Part shown: piece by piece, positions 28,705 to 37,619 of the stretch
Position numbering within the stretch: the first letter of the stretch is position 1
Layout of the letters: every line of letters starts with the position of its first letter
Assembly (NCBI GenBank): GCA_002433895.1
Contig: DJJA01000004.1
Span: forward strand, 24,132 to 88,131
Direction of reading: 5' to 3'
DNA: 64,000 nucleotides
Origin: Candidatus Gottesmanbacteria bacterium UBA6580
GTDB lineage: Bacteria > Patescibacteriota > Microgenomatia > UBA10105 > UBA927
Program-made: the position numbers and the translations under genes
The notes under the pieces: model-generated
The model's database searches: none
Told to the model about the DNA's origin: nothing
The model's input: the letters and a program-made list of their open reading frames with translations, nothing else

Positions 28705-29337
28705 ATGCAGCCGACAATTATTTCTATTTTAGGGAGGCCGTTGGCCGGGAAAGATACTCAAGCGGTATTGCTTGCCCGGAATATCCCTGACAGTGTGATT
28801 ATTTCGACCGGAGCCATGATCCGGGAGGTAAAAAACGAAGGGGAGTCACACCGGTTTTGGCCGATATTAGGCCCTCATATCGCGGTGATGGACCAGGGGA
28901 TACTGATCCCTGAGGAAGCGATTAACGAAGCATTTGAGCGTGTCGTACATGAAAAATTAGCCGAAGGGGTAAGGAATATCATCGTGACCGCGCATCCGCG
29001 TATGCCCAAAGAATTGGAATCTTATGACAAAATGCTCGCCCGCGAAGGATTAACTGGCGTGTTTGTGCATCTTGAAACGTCTGAACCATATATGTACGCG
29101 ATGGGAGGCACCCGTAATCACGGGAGAGCCGATGACCGGCGAGATGTGTTACACACAAGGGCAAAGGAGTTTACTCTCCATACCGAGCCAGTGTTGCACC
29201 AACTTCGTGCTGAAGGGCGGTTACACACGGTGTTTGCCGAGCGCCCCATTGAAATAGTGCAGCAGGAGTTGCGAAATGTGCTCCGGCCGTACCTTCCTGA
29301 TCCCGAAGCAACTCTTCCCCTCATGGCGCGCCGCTAA
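28705..29337 (+). CDS. Adenylate-kinase-fold NMP kinase-like protein, divergent P-loop (paralogue 1)
   Basis: ILGRPLAGKDTQA replaces the AK consensus GxPGxGKGTQ. ISTGAMIREVKNEG matches the NMP-binding ISTGDMFR motif and MDQGILIPEE matches MDQGxLVPDE. An AHPR occupies the position of GFPR. A GRADDRRD Arg/Asp cluster occupies the LID position. Confidence 0.7.
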   Translation: MQPTIISILGRPLAGKDTQAVLLARNIPDSVIISTGAMIREVKNEGESHRFWPILGPHIAVMDQGILIPEEAINEAFERVVHEKLAEGVRNIIVTAHPRMPKELESYDKMLAREGLTGVFVHLETSEPYMYAMGGTRNHGRADDRRDVLHTRAKEFTLHTEPVLHQLRAEGRLHTVFAERPIEIVQQELRNVLRPYLPDPEATLPLMARR

Positions 29338-29378
29338 CGGCTTGACGTGGGCTTTACTATAGGTTATAATAATATTCT

Positions 29379-30011
29379 GTGCAGCCGATCCTCCTCTCTA
29401 TTATCGGTAAACCACTCGCCGGCAAAGATACACAAGCCGATTTACTTGTGGCAGCCCATCCAGAAGCAGTCAAAATAAGTACCGGACACATCATGCGCGC
29501 CGTGCGTGAAGAAGGGGAAACCCACCGGTTTTGGCCGTTAATCGGTCCGTATATCCCGCTTATGGAACAGGGGTTAAAGTTGCCTGACGCGCCAACGATC
29601 GCGATGCTTGATGCCGTCATCAAAGAGCAGCTTGCCGAAGGGAAGCGTATGCTCGTTATCGCGGGTTCTCCCCGTGGCATGGAGCAGCTCGAAGGATTTG
29701 AAAAAATCGCCAAAGAAACAGGTACGAAGCTCGTACTGGTGCACATGGATGCTACAGATGAAGAAACGTATAAACGGAGTGCCACCCGCAATGAGGGGCG
29801 GGTTGATGACACCCCTGAGGTACACAAAATACGTCTTCATGAATATGAAGGGTACGTGGGACCCATGGTAGACGCGCTTGCCCGCGAAAACAGACTCATA
29901 TGGGTAAACGGTATGCAGCCGGTTGAAGGAGTATTCCGTGAGTTGCAACAGCAGTTGCGGCAACATGTGTTGGATCCCGAAATCACGCTTCCCGCGATGG
30001 CGCGGCGATAA
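29379..30011 (+). CDS. Adenylate-kinase-fold NMP kinase-like protein, divergent P-loop (paralogue 2, tandem)
   Basis: It has the same length (210 aa) as the neighbour and is about half identical to it: IIGKPLAGKDTQA, ISTGHIMRAVREEG, MEQGLKLPD, GSPRG, GRVDDTPE. Confidence 0.7.
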   Translation: MQPILLSIIGKPLAGKDTQADLLVAAHPEAVKISTGHIMRAVREEGETHRFWPLIGPYIPLMEQGLKLPDAPTIAMLDAVIKEQLAEGKRMLVIAGSPRGMEQLEGFEKIAKETGTKLVLVHMDATDEETYKRSATRNEGRVDDTPEVHKIRLHEYEGYVGPMVDALARENRLIWVNGMQPVEGVFRELQQQLRQHVLDPEITLPAMARR

Positions 30012-30033
30012 TCTCGGGTTTCCCGTGATATTC

Positions 30034-30276
30034 TCACCGTTGTGGCAGTTGGATTTTCCTGTCTAACCGCTGCTGCCGTGGGTGAAATCCATGGCGTTCA
30101 ATCTCTTCCAGTGAAGCAATCCGGAGACCATGTTTTTCAAAATATGCCTGAAGTGCGGGCCGGATAGTTGCAGGATCAACACCCCGGTTAACGATATCAC
30201 TTATGTCCGCGGTATGCGCTACGCCATAGTGGTCAAAAACAAGTATGGTGTTGCCGGGTATCACTTCGTGCATCAT
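30034..30276 (-). CDS. Small hypothetical protein
   Basis: 80-aa ORF. Weak support. Confidence 0.3.
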   Translation of the reverse strand: MMHEVIPGNTILVFDHYGVAHTADISDIVNRGVDPATIRPALQAYFEKHGLRIASLEEIERHGFHPRQQRLDRKIQLPQR

Positions 30277-30294
30277 CAGCTATCATGATAGCAC

Positions 30295-30648
30295 TTAGCG
30301 ATTCCCACGTTTGGAGAATTGTTGATATTTATTGTGGTGAGTACGCTGTTGGCGCCGTGGGTTTAACAACGAGCGGAGATCAGTAGCACTGTCTCCGTTT
30401 GATCTGCGCGCGCGCAGTATCTGCTGGACGGCGTTTCCGTCGAGAGACGCGGCTTCTGTGGCGTATCCTTCCCGGTACGAGGTGACACCCATGGCGCCCA
30501 TTTGTGAGGCGATAAACCGTGATACGCGCATGCGATAGCCTGCTTCCGACTCGGTAAAATGTTTAGACGGTACTTCTAGTTCTATCGTCCGTTCCCGCTC
30601 ACCGATTGTGGCAATGATCCGTTGTTTCGGCATCGTGATTATCGTCAC
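30295..30648 (-). CDS. Hypothetical protein
   Basis: 117-aa ORF. No motifs recognised. Confidence 0.35.
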   Translation of the reverse strand: MTIITMPKQRIIATIGERERTIELEVPSKHFTESEAGYRMRVSRFIASQMGAMGVTSYREGYATEAASLDGNAVQQILRARRSNGDSATDLRSLLNPRRQQRTHHNKYQQFSKRGNR

Positions 30649-30719
30649 AGTACGCTGTTATTCCCCGTCAAATCAAGATATGTTGTTTGGAAAAAATATC
30701 TGGTATACTCATAAGTCCT

Positions 30720-31139
30720 ATGAATGAACAAACCGTCGTCTTGATCAAGCCAGATGGCATGGAAAAGCATGTCGTTGGAGAGATTATTACCCGTTTTGAA
30801 AAAGCAGGTATGAAGCTCGCCGCCCTCAAATTAGTACAACTGACCCAGCCAATCCTCGACACATGGTATGCCCATCACAAGGATAAGCCGTTTTTCCCTG
30901 AGCTTTCGAAGCAAATGATGTCGACTCCGGTGGTAGCGATGGTATTAGAAGGAGATGGAGTGATACAGAAAGTATTTGATATTTGTGGTCCTACTGATCC
31001 AGCAGAAGCTGCTCCCGGTACCATCCGCCATGATTTCGGCGTTGATAAGCCACACAATGTCGTGCACCGGTCAGACAGTGCCGAGGCTGCAGCCAAAGAA
31101 ATCGGACTGTTGTTTGCCGCTTCTGACCTTCATTCATAA
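30720..31139 (+). CDS. ndk: Nucleoside diphosphate kinase
   Basis: MNEQTVVLIKPDGMEKHVVGEIITRFEKAGMKL… with the active-site His signature NVVHRSD (NxxHGSD). Length is about 140 aa. The tracked ORF (30687..) begins at an upstream TTG, and the ATG at 30720 is more plausible. Confidence 0.9.
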   Translation: MNEQTVVLIKPDGMEKHVVGEIITRFEKAGMKLAALKLVQLTQPILDTWYAHHKDKPFFPELSKQMMSTPVVAMVLEGDGVIQKVFDICGPTDPAEAAPGTIRHDFGVDKPHNVVHRSDSAEAAAKEIGLLFAASDLHS

Positions 31140-31160
31140 GAGGTTTGTTGTCATTTTTGT

Positions 31161-31189
31161 TTGATTGAGCATGTAGTCTGCGGTATAAT
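31161..31189 (+). promoter_or_regulatory. Near-consensus sigma70-type promoter (TTGATT-17 nt-TATAAT)
   Basis: TTGATTgagcatgtagtctgcggTATAATgtacacATG. The -10 element ends 6 nt before the ATG at 31196, implying a leaderless transcript. Confidence 0.4.
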
Positions 31190-31195
31190 GTACAC

Positions 31196-31435
31196 ATGCG
31201 TATACCCTTCACGAAAATACATATTTCTTTGCCAAAGCGCACATCCGCGCGGGCAGAGCTTGATAACGTAGCGCGTCAGCTTCAGGCCGAGGAGGCGGAG
31301 CGTATACGACGTGGTCTAAAGGGTCAAGCGCCAACTGAGGCATCTCTTCGTCGGGGTAGGCGGTTGGCAAAGCAAACTGAAGGAAAGTGGAAAGAAAATA
31401 GAGAAAATGCAGGTTCGCGTGAGTCCATATGGTAA
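31196..31435 (+). CDS. Small basic hypothetical protein (79 aa), possibly leaderless
   Basis: The ORF starts immediately after a consensus -10 element. Confidence 0.35.
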   Translation: MRIPFTKIHISLPKRTSARAELDNVARQLQAEEAERIRRGLKGQAPTEASLRRGRRLAKQTEGKWKENRENAGSRESIW

Positions 31436-32303
31436 AAAGGATGACGTGCTTCTTCCCGTCCGGACAGGATATTTAGTATAATTACCCCTAGAAAGTTGAG
31501 AATTATATTCTTATGCCACATAGAGAAGTTACCGAATTTGTATTGCGACCTCATTCGCGAGGGGCAAGACCGCTTTCAGTGCGGTTTACTTCCCATGACG
31601 TTGTGAGCGACCTCACCATATCAGCAGAAGGGGAGCAGTTATTCTCCGGACGCGTACTGCGGTCATTCACGAAGGTCTTGCAGGGCGTTTTTGAGATGGA
31701 GGAAGCGGCAGCGGCAGCAAAAGGCGTTGATACGTTGAAATACTACGGTTGTACGTATATCGCACGTCACGGCAGGTCTCAGGTCGCCACGCGATTGGAT
31801 ATCCCCGAGATGGCTCAGTACGATTAACATTTATCCCTATGAGCCGAGCAGAATCTATCAGGAGGAAAGGTGGGCGGATTTATTATTTTCAGTCCGGTCC
31901 TGCGGAAGAACAGAATGGTCGTGTGTCTGTACACATTACCGCGATGATCACAACACCGAAACGTGTGTTCCAGTCGATGCGTTTGCATATCCCTGCCGAG
32001 CAGTATGGCTATTTTCTAGATGCACTTCAGGCGCAAACACAGGCGCGTTTTCGGCATGGGAGGCGCGAATATGACCGTCAGACAACGTTATTACGCGCAT
32101 TCATGCAGGCCGGAAGAATGTAGGGTAAAACTCCAGTTAGGCAGTCTATCCCGGGTGTTTTGAGAGACAAGATGGAGCGCGTTTATCGCATCCGGGCGGA
32201 TACGCTGGAATGCTGCGGATGTGTGCTCCTCAAGCGGTATGGGAAAGCGCAGATGGCAACGCGATGGAAAGCCCTGGAAGCGGCACTTAACGACACATAA
32301 CGT

Positions 32304-32639
32304 TTATAGGTCAATAATCGTGCGGATTTTGCCGGATCTGTCTCTGATCCGGTATACACGCATAGAGCTGTCACGACCATCGTTATGCACTTTACCCATT
32401 TCTTCTTCGACTTTTTTCCGGGTTAGTGGGTCGATTTTTTTAAGATCAATATTTGGATCATGCGATTGGGGAAGTGCTCCGCCGCCTCCACTTCCGCCCG
32501 AGCGGGAGTTTCGCCTTAAACCGCCACGCCTGCCACCGGTACGGTTCCAGGCACTTTCCAGGATAGTCGGCTTCATAAACGAGCCTATACTATCGTGCTC
32601 TCCAATGAGTTCGGGTAATTGTTCTGCGATACGTTTCAT
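32304..32639 (-). CDS. Hypothetical protein with a Gly/Arg-rich low-complexity segment
   Basis: 111-aa ORF containing GGRRGGLRRNSRSGGSGGGG. Confidence 0.35.
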   Translation of the reverse strand: MKRIAEQLPELIGEHDSIGSFMKPTILESAWNRTGGRRGGLRRNSRSGGSGGGGALPQSHDPNIDLKKIDPLTRKKVEEEMGKVHNDGRDSSMRVYRIRDRSGKIRTIIDL

Positions 32640-32892
32640 ATAGCCTCCTATTGTCTGTCTAATTTTTAGACGGAAATGTAAGTGTATCGAATTGTAAACT
32701 GTGCGTCAAGTCGGGCTGACTGATGCTCTCAGCAGAGGGTGACAAGACGGGTCGTTGCCGTATTTGGGCATATCTTCACCTTCTTTTTTCCATGTCTATA
32801 CAACGATAGACACAGGAAAAAGAACGCAAAGCTGTCACCACCAAAGGAGGAGGCGACGCACTTTGCGTCAAAAAACGGAAAATACACCCATG

Positions 32893-33783
32893 TTATTCAA
32901 TGGAAATATTTGGTCGTGGGGGTTCGATAGCGTCGAGTGTGCGTAGCCCGATTGTCAGGATGAACTTTATGTACCTGATGACAAGTCGGGTTACCGAATC
33001 GAGCGTTTCATTGATGTTGCCGAATATATGCCCCCAAGGCTCGATAATATACATATCTCTCTCTGATGAGTGGGGTAATTTGATGTAAATTACCACGGCC
33101 ATGATGGTTCCCAATGAGAGAACAAATTTATGCAGCATTTCGATATGGACAATGCCGATGGTTTCAAGGAAGAGTCCCGTGCCGATTTCCAAAATCAACA
33201 GATACGCGATGATTTCGTAGCGGGGTTCTTGTTTGATCATTTTCATCGCCCATCCTGAAGCAAACATCAAGGTCACGATGCCAAAGCCGACGCCGAGGAG
33301 GACAATCCATAGTTCATCATTGATCCCCACTGCGGTCACGACGTTGTCCAGAGAAAACGTCATGTCCATGATGATGATGGTGGCTACGGTTCCCCAAAAT
33401 GTGGGCACTTTCTGATCATGGATAATTTTTGTTTCTCCGGGTTGGTCAGCAACGCTCAGGTGTTTGACGGCGAGCTTTATAAGGTACAAGGCACCGAACA
33501 ACCGGATGGCTATATTGTCGATGAGTGCCGATGCGATGATGAGCATTATGAACCGGCCTACATAGGCGAATATGATGCCAATTTTGCGCGCAGCGTCCTG
33601 CTGGTTGCCAAGCTTATCGAAAAACTTTTGGAACCGTTGAGGTGCCGCGACCGGTTGATCGGGTAGCCGGGATGCCATGGCGGCAATGACCGACGAGTTG
33701 TCTACTGACAATATCCCCTCCATAATTAGAATGATAAATATGGTCTGTATTATTTCTACGAGCTGTTGTTGGGTAAATTCCAT
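32893..33783 (-). CDS. TerC-family integral membrane protein
   Basis: Paired membrane-embedded DN motifs typical of TerC/Alx/YkoY: EGILSVDNSSVIAAMA and FSLDNVVTAVGIND. Start placed at MEFTQQQ…, which has AGGAGG 7 nt upstream (cacAGGAGGctcgcATG) rather than at the ORF-track start 33849. Confidence 0.75.
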   Translation of the reverse strand: MEFTQQQLVEIIQTIFIILIMEGILSVDNSSVIAAMASRLPDQPVAAPQRFQKFFDKLGNQQDAARKIGIIFAYVGRFIMLIIASALIDNIAIRLFGALYLIKLAVKHLSVADQPGETKIIHDQKVPTFWGTVATIIIMDMTFSLDNVVTAVGINDELWIVLLGVGFGIVTLMFASGWAMKMIKQEPRYEIIAYLLILEIGTGLFLETIGIVHIEMLHKFVLSLGTIMAVVIYIKLPHSSERDMYIIEPWGHIFGNINETLDSVTRLVIRYIKFILTIGLRTLDAIEPPRPNISIE

Positions 33784-33986
33784 GCGAGCCTCCTGTGGGT
33801 AGATATGAAGATTGATTAAAAAGCCGACAGGAGAGGAAGAATAACGCATATTCTTGCCCTGCTGCCGGCCTTTCGCTTCGTATCACCAAGGAAGCGACAA
33901 AGGTTTGTTTCCGTTCTTTTTAATGTGCGTGTCTCCCTAAGCCGAACACATCGACAGCTTATTGTCGAGGTTCCACCGTGAGGGGA

Positions 33987-34026
33987 CAAAAAAAACAAAA
34001 ACACCGGCCTACAAAAGGTACCGGTG
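33987..34026 (-). terminator. Intrinsic terminator on the minus strand, between the 34259..35317 gene and the TerC leader
   Basis: Read on the minus strand: CACCGG-uaccuuuuguagg-CCGGUG followed by UUUUUGUUUUUUUUG. Confidence 0.5.
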
Positions 34027-34258
34027 CTCAACTCACGTGAGCTTTGGCAGGCAATCAGACCGTCTGATTGGTGAGATAGATCACATTAAATCAAATTAGG
34101 GTATATTCGTCAAGTTATACGAAGGGTGAAGATATGGGGGAAAAGAAGGAGGGTGAGTTAAATTGCTTTTTGTCATTCCGTAATGCATGTTGTGTGACTT
34201 GCGATGCAACACGTGTGGTGTATGTTAGTGTGAAGCTGGGGTATGTGCACATCAACAC

Positions 34259-35317
34259 TCAGTGTTCAGATTTCGGTTCGTGTATGTCAGAAATAAAAGC
34301 GGCAATAAACTCAAGGGAGGGATAACCGAAGCTTCTGACTGGTGTTCCCATTTTCCGGTAGAGCCCCCAAGGACCTATGGAGCGAGTTGTCTGTTCAAGG
34401 AATGGCTGAAACGGGTGCACATCAGGGACGCGGATACGGATATCGGCGCCTGCGTCATGAGCAACAGCCGTCGCCACTTGTATGGCACCCCGAAGGACTT
34501 GTGCGTCATGGTCGGTAATCGCATGTGAGTTTCCCGTATGCCGAAGCCACAGTTGCCACCCATTTCCCTCATGGGGAAGCTCAATGGTGTGTCCGCTGTC
34601 TGTTTGAAGGGTAAACGCCCGGTTGTTATACCGGTGCACATGGTGTGTGCGGGAGAATGTACGCCTGCTGGCCAGTAATGTCCATAATGGAGCTTGTAAC
34701 AAATCTTCTGCCTTAAGGTGCGGATTTTGTACGAGGTGTTCGATAATATCCAGCCGGTTTTCTGCTGGCCACGGTGTCCGGTCAATCTGTGTATGTTCAA
34801 ATCCGAGGCTCGCGACGCGTTTACTGCCGGCAAGCGAGGTGCGGCCAGTAAGTAATCCGACGGGTTTTTCGGGATGATAACAGTTATATGCTTCTATCCA
34901 GCCTGCAAGTTGTGCCGCGGAATTCGTGAGGTCAGCGGCAAGCGTCCGAACACTTTCCGGAGGGCGGGGTGGGATATGGAGGTCGAGCGCTCTCGCATAA
35001 GGACGGATGTGTTTTCGTTGTACAAATGCAATAAATGTATCACGTTCGTCTATTTGTGGCTGTGGGTCACGTTTGGATCCTTGTAGCTGCTTGATGACCG
35101 TGTCATAGGCGAATGTTGTCAGCTCTATGTTTTGACTTGCCGGTCGGGGATCGGTGAGGCGGAATATACCGACATCAAACCATGGGCTGATGATGGCATT
35201 ATTCCACCAGTGTGGCCGTAGTGCTTCCGCTGCTTGCTCCATACGGCTACTCACCTTCTGGTGTGATTCATGCTTGTGAGGTCTCCGATGGGACAATCGT
35301 TCAATAAGTTGAGACAT
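34259..35317 (-). CDS. Hypothetical protein (352 aa)
   Basis: Long ORF with a His/Arg-rich N-terminus. No motifs recognised. Confidence 0.5.
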   Translation of the reverse strand: MSQLIERLSHRRPHKHESHQKVSSRMEQAAEALRPHWWNNAIISPWFDVGIFRLTDPRPASQNIELTTFAYDTVIKQLQGSKRDPQPQIDERDTFIAFVQRKHIRPYARALDLHIPPRPPESVRTLAADLTNSAAQLAGWIEAYNCYHPEKPVGLLTGRTSLAGSKRVASLGFEHTQIDRTPWPAENRLDIIEHLVQNPHLKAEDLLQAPLWTLLASRRTFSRTHHVHRYNNRAFTLQTDSGHTIELPHEGNGWQLWLRHTGNSHAITDHDAQVLRGAIQVATAVAHDAGADIRIRVPDVHPFQPFLEQTTRSIGPWGLYRKMGTPVRSFGYPSLEFIAAFISDIHEPKSEH

Positions 35318-35727
35318 ATTGTTATAGTATGATGCACATTATACAACAAAGCACTCATATGTGAGTGCTTTGTAAGAAGTTGACAATATGAATCGGGTGT
35401 TAACGTCTCGGTCGTCTACTTACATCTCGCAACGCGTCTCTTTGTGTTGCCCGGCGTGCTACTGCGTCTAAGGTGCGTAATTTTGCTGCTTTATCTGGAT
35501 CTACTTCGTTAGCTACTCTTGTACCTTTCCCTAAGAAATTCATAGGTGAAGGTGTTTCAGTGACGACGGGTTGTGCTGGTAGTTCTTTTTTGAATAATCC
35601 TGACATACAAATAATCACCTCCTATCAAATTATGTATTGAACAAGAATTCAGAGTATAGAAAGTGCAAACGCTATCGTCAATAGGTATTTTGATTACTAA
35701 TTTTTATGTGTTGGGAAAATGTTTGTC

Positions 35728-36378
35728 TTACACGATGATTTTTATCGTGCGGAGAACAGGGAGGAGGACTTCAAAAGGAAGTCCGATGACATTGGTGTAT
35801 GAACCATCGACTTTAGTCACTAAATCCCATGGTGTTTCGTTTAACGCGTAACCCGCAGCAAACCGGGTGAAATCATAGCGTGTGACATAGCTTTCGAGTT
35901 CCGGTCCGGTCATTTTGCGGAGTGCAACCTTGGTTGTAACGGTCTTTGTCCAGGATTTTTTTACTTTACCCTTGTCGAGGTATACGATATGGATGACGGT
36001 CGTAAATACGTGGGTTTTCCCCATGAGTTCTTTGAGCATTTTAGCAGCATCAACCCGGTCAATTGCTTTGCCATACATTTTCTTGCCGAGGATTGCCATG
36101 CTATCTGCCGCAATCACCACGACTTCACGATCTTCAGGAACCATGTAGACGCGGGGATTATTGACGACTTCAAGCGCTTTGGCGATGGCGCGTTTTTGAA
36201 TAGTTTTTAACGGGTTTGGATCAGTTATTTTGTCTTCATCAACACGTGTCACTGCGACGCGGAACCTGATGCCGAGTTTTTCGAGAAGCGTCCGTCTGCC
36301 AATAGACTGAGAAGCAAGGATAACATCCGGGGCAAGCACGATATCAGCCTGATTTTTTGAGGAAAACGATAACTTCAT
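35728..36378 (-). CDS. maf: Maf-family nucleoside triphosphate pyrophosphatase (septum formation protein Maf)
   Basis: N-terminal VILASQSIGRRTLLEKLGI (ILASxSPRRxELL). C-terminal …FAAGYALNETPWDLVTKVDGSYTNVIGLPFE (G.Y.IQ…NVxGLP). Confidence 0.85.
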   Translation of the reverse strand: MKLSFSSKNQADIVLAPDVILASQSIGRRTLLEKLGIRFRVAVTRVDEDKITDPNPLKTIQKRAIAKALEVVNNPRVYMVPEDREVVVIAADSMAILGKKMYGKAIDRVDAAKMLKELMGKTHVFTTVIHIVYLDKGKVKKSWTKTVTTKVALRKMTGPELESYVTRYDFTRFAAGYALNETPWDLVTKVDGSYTNVIGLPFEVLLPVLRTIKIIV

Positions 36379-36438
36379 TACAGGGTATTATACCTCACTA
36401 TAGGAAAATACGCTAGGGAGGGGAATTCGGGCGGGATT

Positions 36439-36690
36439 TTATTCCCCATCGTCAAAATCTCCCGCAGCAGTCGCGTCAACAAGGAACGTTGTGTGCAGTA
36501 TGCCGGATCTGGTTTGTTTTCTCTCCGGGTGCCGCCGTTGTCTATGATTGGCGTTTTCGGTAGCTTCAACGGAAAGATGGACAAACTGGTTTAGCGTGCG
36601 CACTGCTCTTCCTTTAAAGGGGTAGAAAATGACGACCTGTTGTTCAGGCTCCGGGGTGCGCGACGTAGCCATAAGTGTATTATACCTCAC
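36439..36690 (-). CDS. Small hypothetical protein upstream of maf (alternative frame 36378..36584 also open)
   Basis: Two overlapping small ORFs precede maf on the minus strand, and only one can be real. No motifs recognised. Confidence 0.3.
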   Translation of the reverse strand: MRYNTLMATSRTPEPEQQVVIFYPFKGRAVRTLNQFVHLSVEATENANHRQRRHPERKQTRSGILHTTFLVDATAAGDFDDGE

Positions 36691-37142
36691 GATGCAACTT
36701 TCGGGGGTGTGGATGTGTTGTTTTGGAGTGCTATACTGACTGGTATATGGGTGGAGCTGAGGATCGTGATGACGCTACATACCTTGCAGATGTCCGGCAC
36801 CTGGCACATACCCTGCTTCGTCTGCTTGACCGGAAAAAACCAGTGAAGGAGAAGCCGCAACAACAGATTCCCGGTTCGATAGGGAAGGTTGTCGAGATAG
36901 CGCCCCCGATACTAAAACCTGAGCGCCCACGTTCGCGTTTACGTCAGCTTTCGGAGGGTCGAGGGAGGGATATGCGTCATTTAGCAGATCTTCCCGACGT
37001 AGAGATAATCAGGCTTGCCAAAAAAGGTGGGCGCATTTTACGGCCCGGTGATGTTTCAAAAGTTCGTTCAGCCGCTGGGCGCAATGGTACCGCCGCTGAT
37101 ATTATCAGTGCTATGGATACGTATGGGCTTTTTGATTCGTAA
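36675..37142 (+). CDS. Hypothetical protein (155 aa)
   Basis: Arg-rich ORF. Weak support. Confidence 0.35.
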   Translation: MYYTSRCNFRGCGCVVLECYTDWYMGGAEDRDDATYLADVRHLAHTLLRLLDRKKPVKEKPQQQIPGSIGKVVEIAPPILKPERPRSRLRQLSEGRGRDMRHLADLPDVEIIRLAKKGGRILRPGDVSKVRSAAGRNGTAADIISAMDTYGLFDS

Positions 37143-37277
37143 GCGCTTGTTTCCCCAATAGAATTCCTTCAATGAAGCTCATCGGACTGGAGAGATCTGC
37201 CTTGCCCAATACGCGAGTCAGGGTGGACTCGGAATGTTGATGCACCAGGGATAAAGAATGTTTCTGTATTACAAACT

Positions 37278-37300
37278 TTGTCGGAGTGGAGAGATTCGAC
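37278..37300 (-). repeat. Duplicated 3' end of tRNA-Pro (about 21 nt, identical to T-loop/acceptor 3' half), 120 bp downstream of the intact gene
   Basis: tgtcggagtggagagattcga at 37278-37300 matches 37420-37442, the 3' end of tRNA-Pro on the minus strand. The upstream part of the tRNA is not duplicated. Confidence 0.55.
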
Positions 37301-37421
37301 GGAGGGAGTTTTCGATATGCGTCTTCGCAGAGAGAATTACTCCCAACGATCCCGTGTAATCACGGGAAACTCTCGAAAAGTTTGGGATTACGACACGACC
37401 TCTTTTCTTGTAAAGATTGTG

Positions 37422-37494
37422 TCGGAGTGGAGAGATTCGAACTCTCGATCTCACGGTCCCGAACCGTGCGCATTACCAACTGTGCTACACCCCG
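37422..37494 (-). tRNA. tRNA-Pro (anticodon CGG)
   Basis: The minus-strand cloverleaf was built by hand as follows. Acceptor CGGGGTG/CACTCCG (one G-U pair). D-arm GCAC-AGTTGGTA-ATGC. Anticodon stem CACGG/CCGTG with loop TTCGGGA (U33, CGG, G37). T-arm GAGAG-TTCGAAT-CTCTC. Discriminator A. 73 nt, with no encoded CCA. Confidence 0.8.
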
Positions 37495-37513
37495 TCTTCG
37501 TAATTCGGATCTG

Positions 37514-37619
37514 TCCCTCTTTGGGACGAAACCTACGGTTTCTTCCCAACGATCTTCCCTTCAAATGAAGGGAGTCTATCTCGTTCCCTCTTTGGGACGA
37601 AACCTACGGTTTCTTCCCA
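37514..37619. repeat. Two copies of a 35-bp hairpin-forming direct repeat (tccctctttGGGACGAAACCtacGGTTTCTTCCCa) separated by a 36-bp spacer that itself forms a hairpin
   Basis: Copies lie at 37514-37548 and 37585-37619. A related GAGATAAAACC-tac-GGTTTTTTCTC hairpin occurs at 40085-40110. Confidence 0.5.

Noticed and set aside
33850-34060. yybP-ykoY Mn2+ riboswitch call upstream of the TerC-family gene
   Set aside because: Not rejected as a hypothesis (see finding). Rejected as a feature call because the conserved GGGGAGUA/UUGUCA/GAGAC arrangement could not be recognised by eye. Needs a covariance-model search.
37514-37619. Possible mini-CRISPR array (two 35-bp repeats with a 36-bp spacer)
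   Set aside because: Only two units. The repeat is itself a near-perfect hairpin with a related copy elsewhere in a terminator-like position. The spacer is also palindromic. No cas genes in the window.
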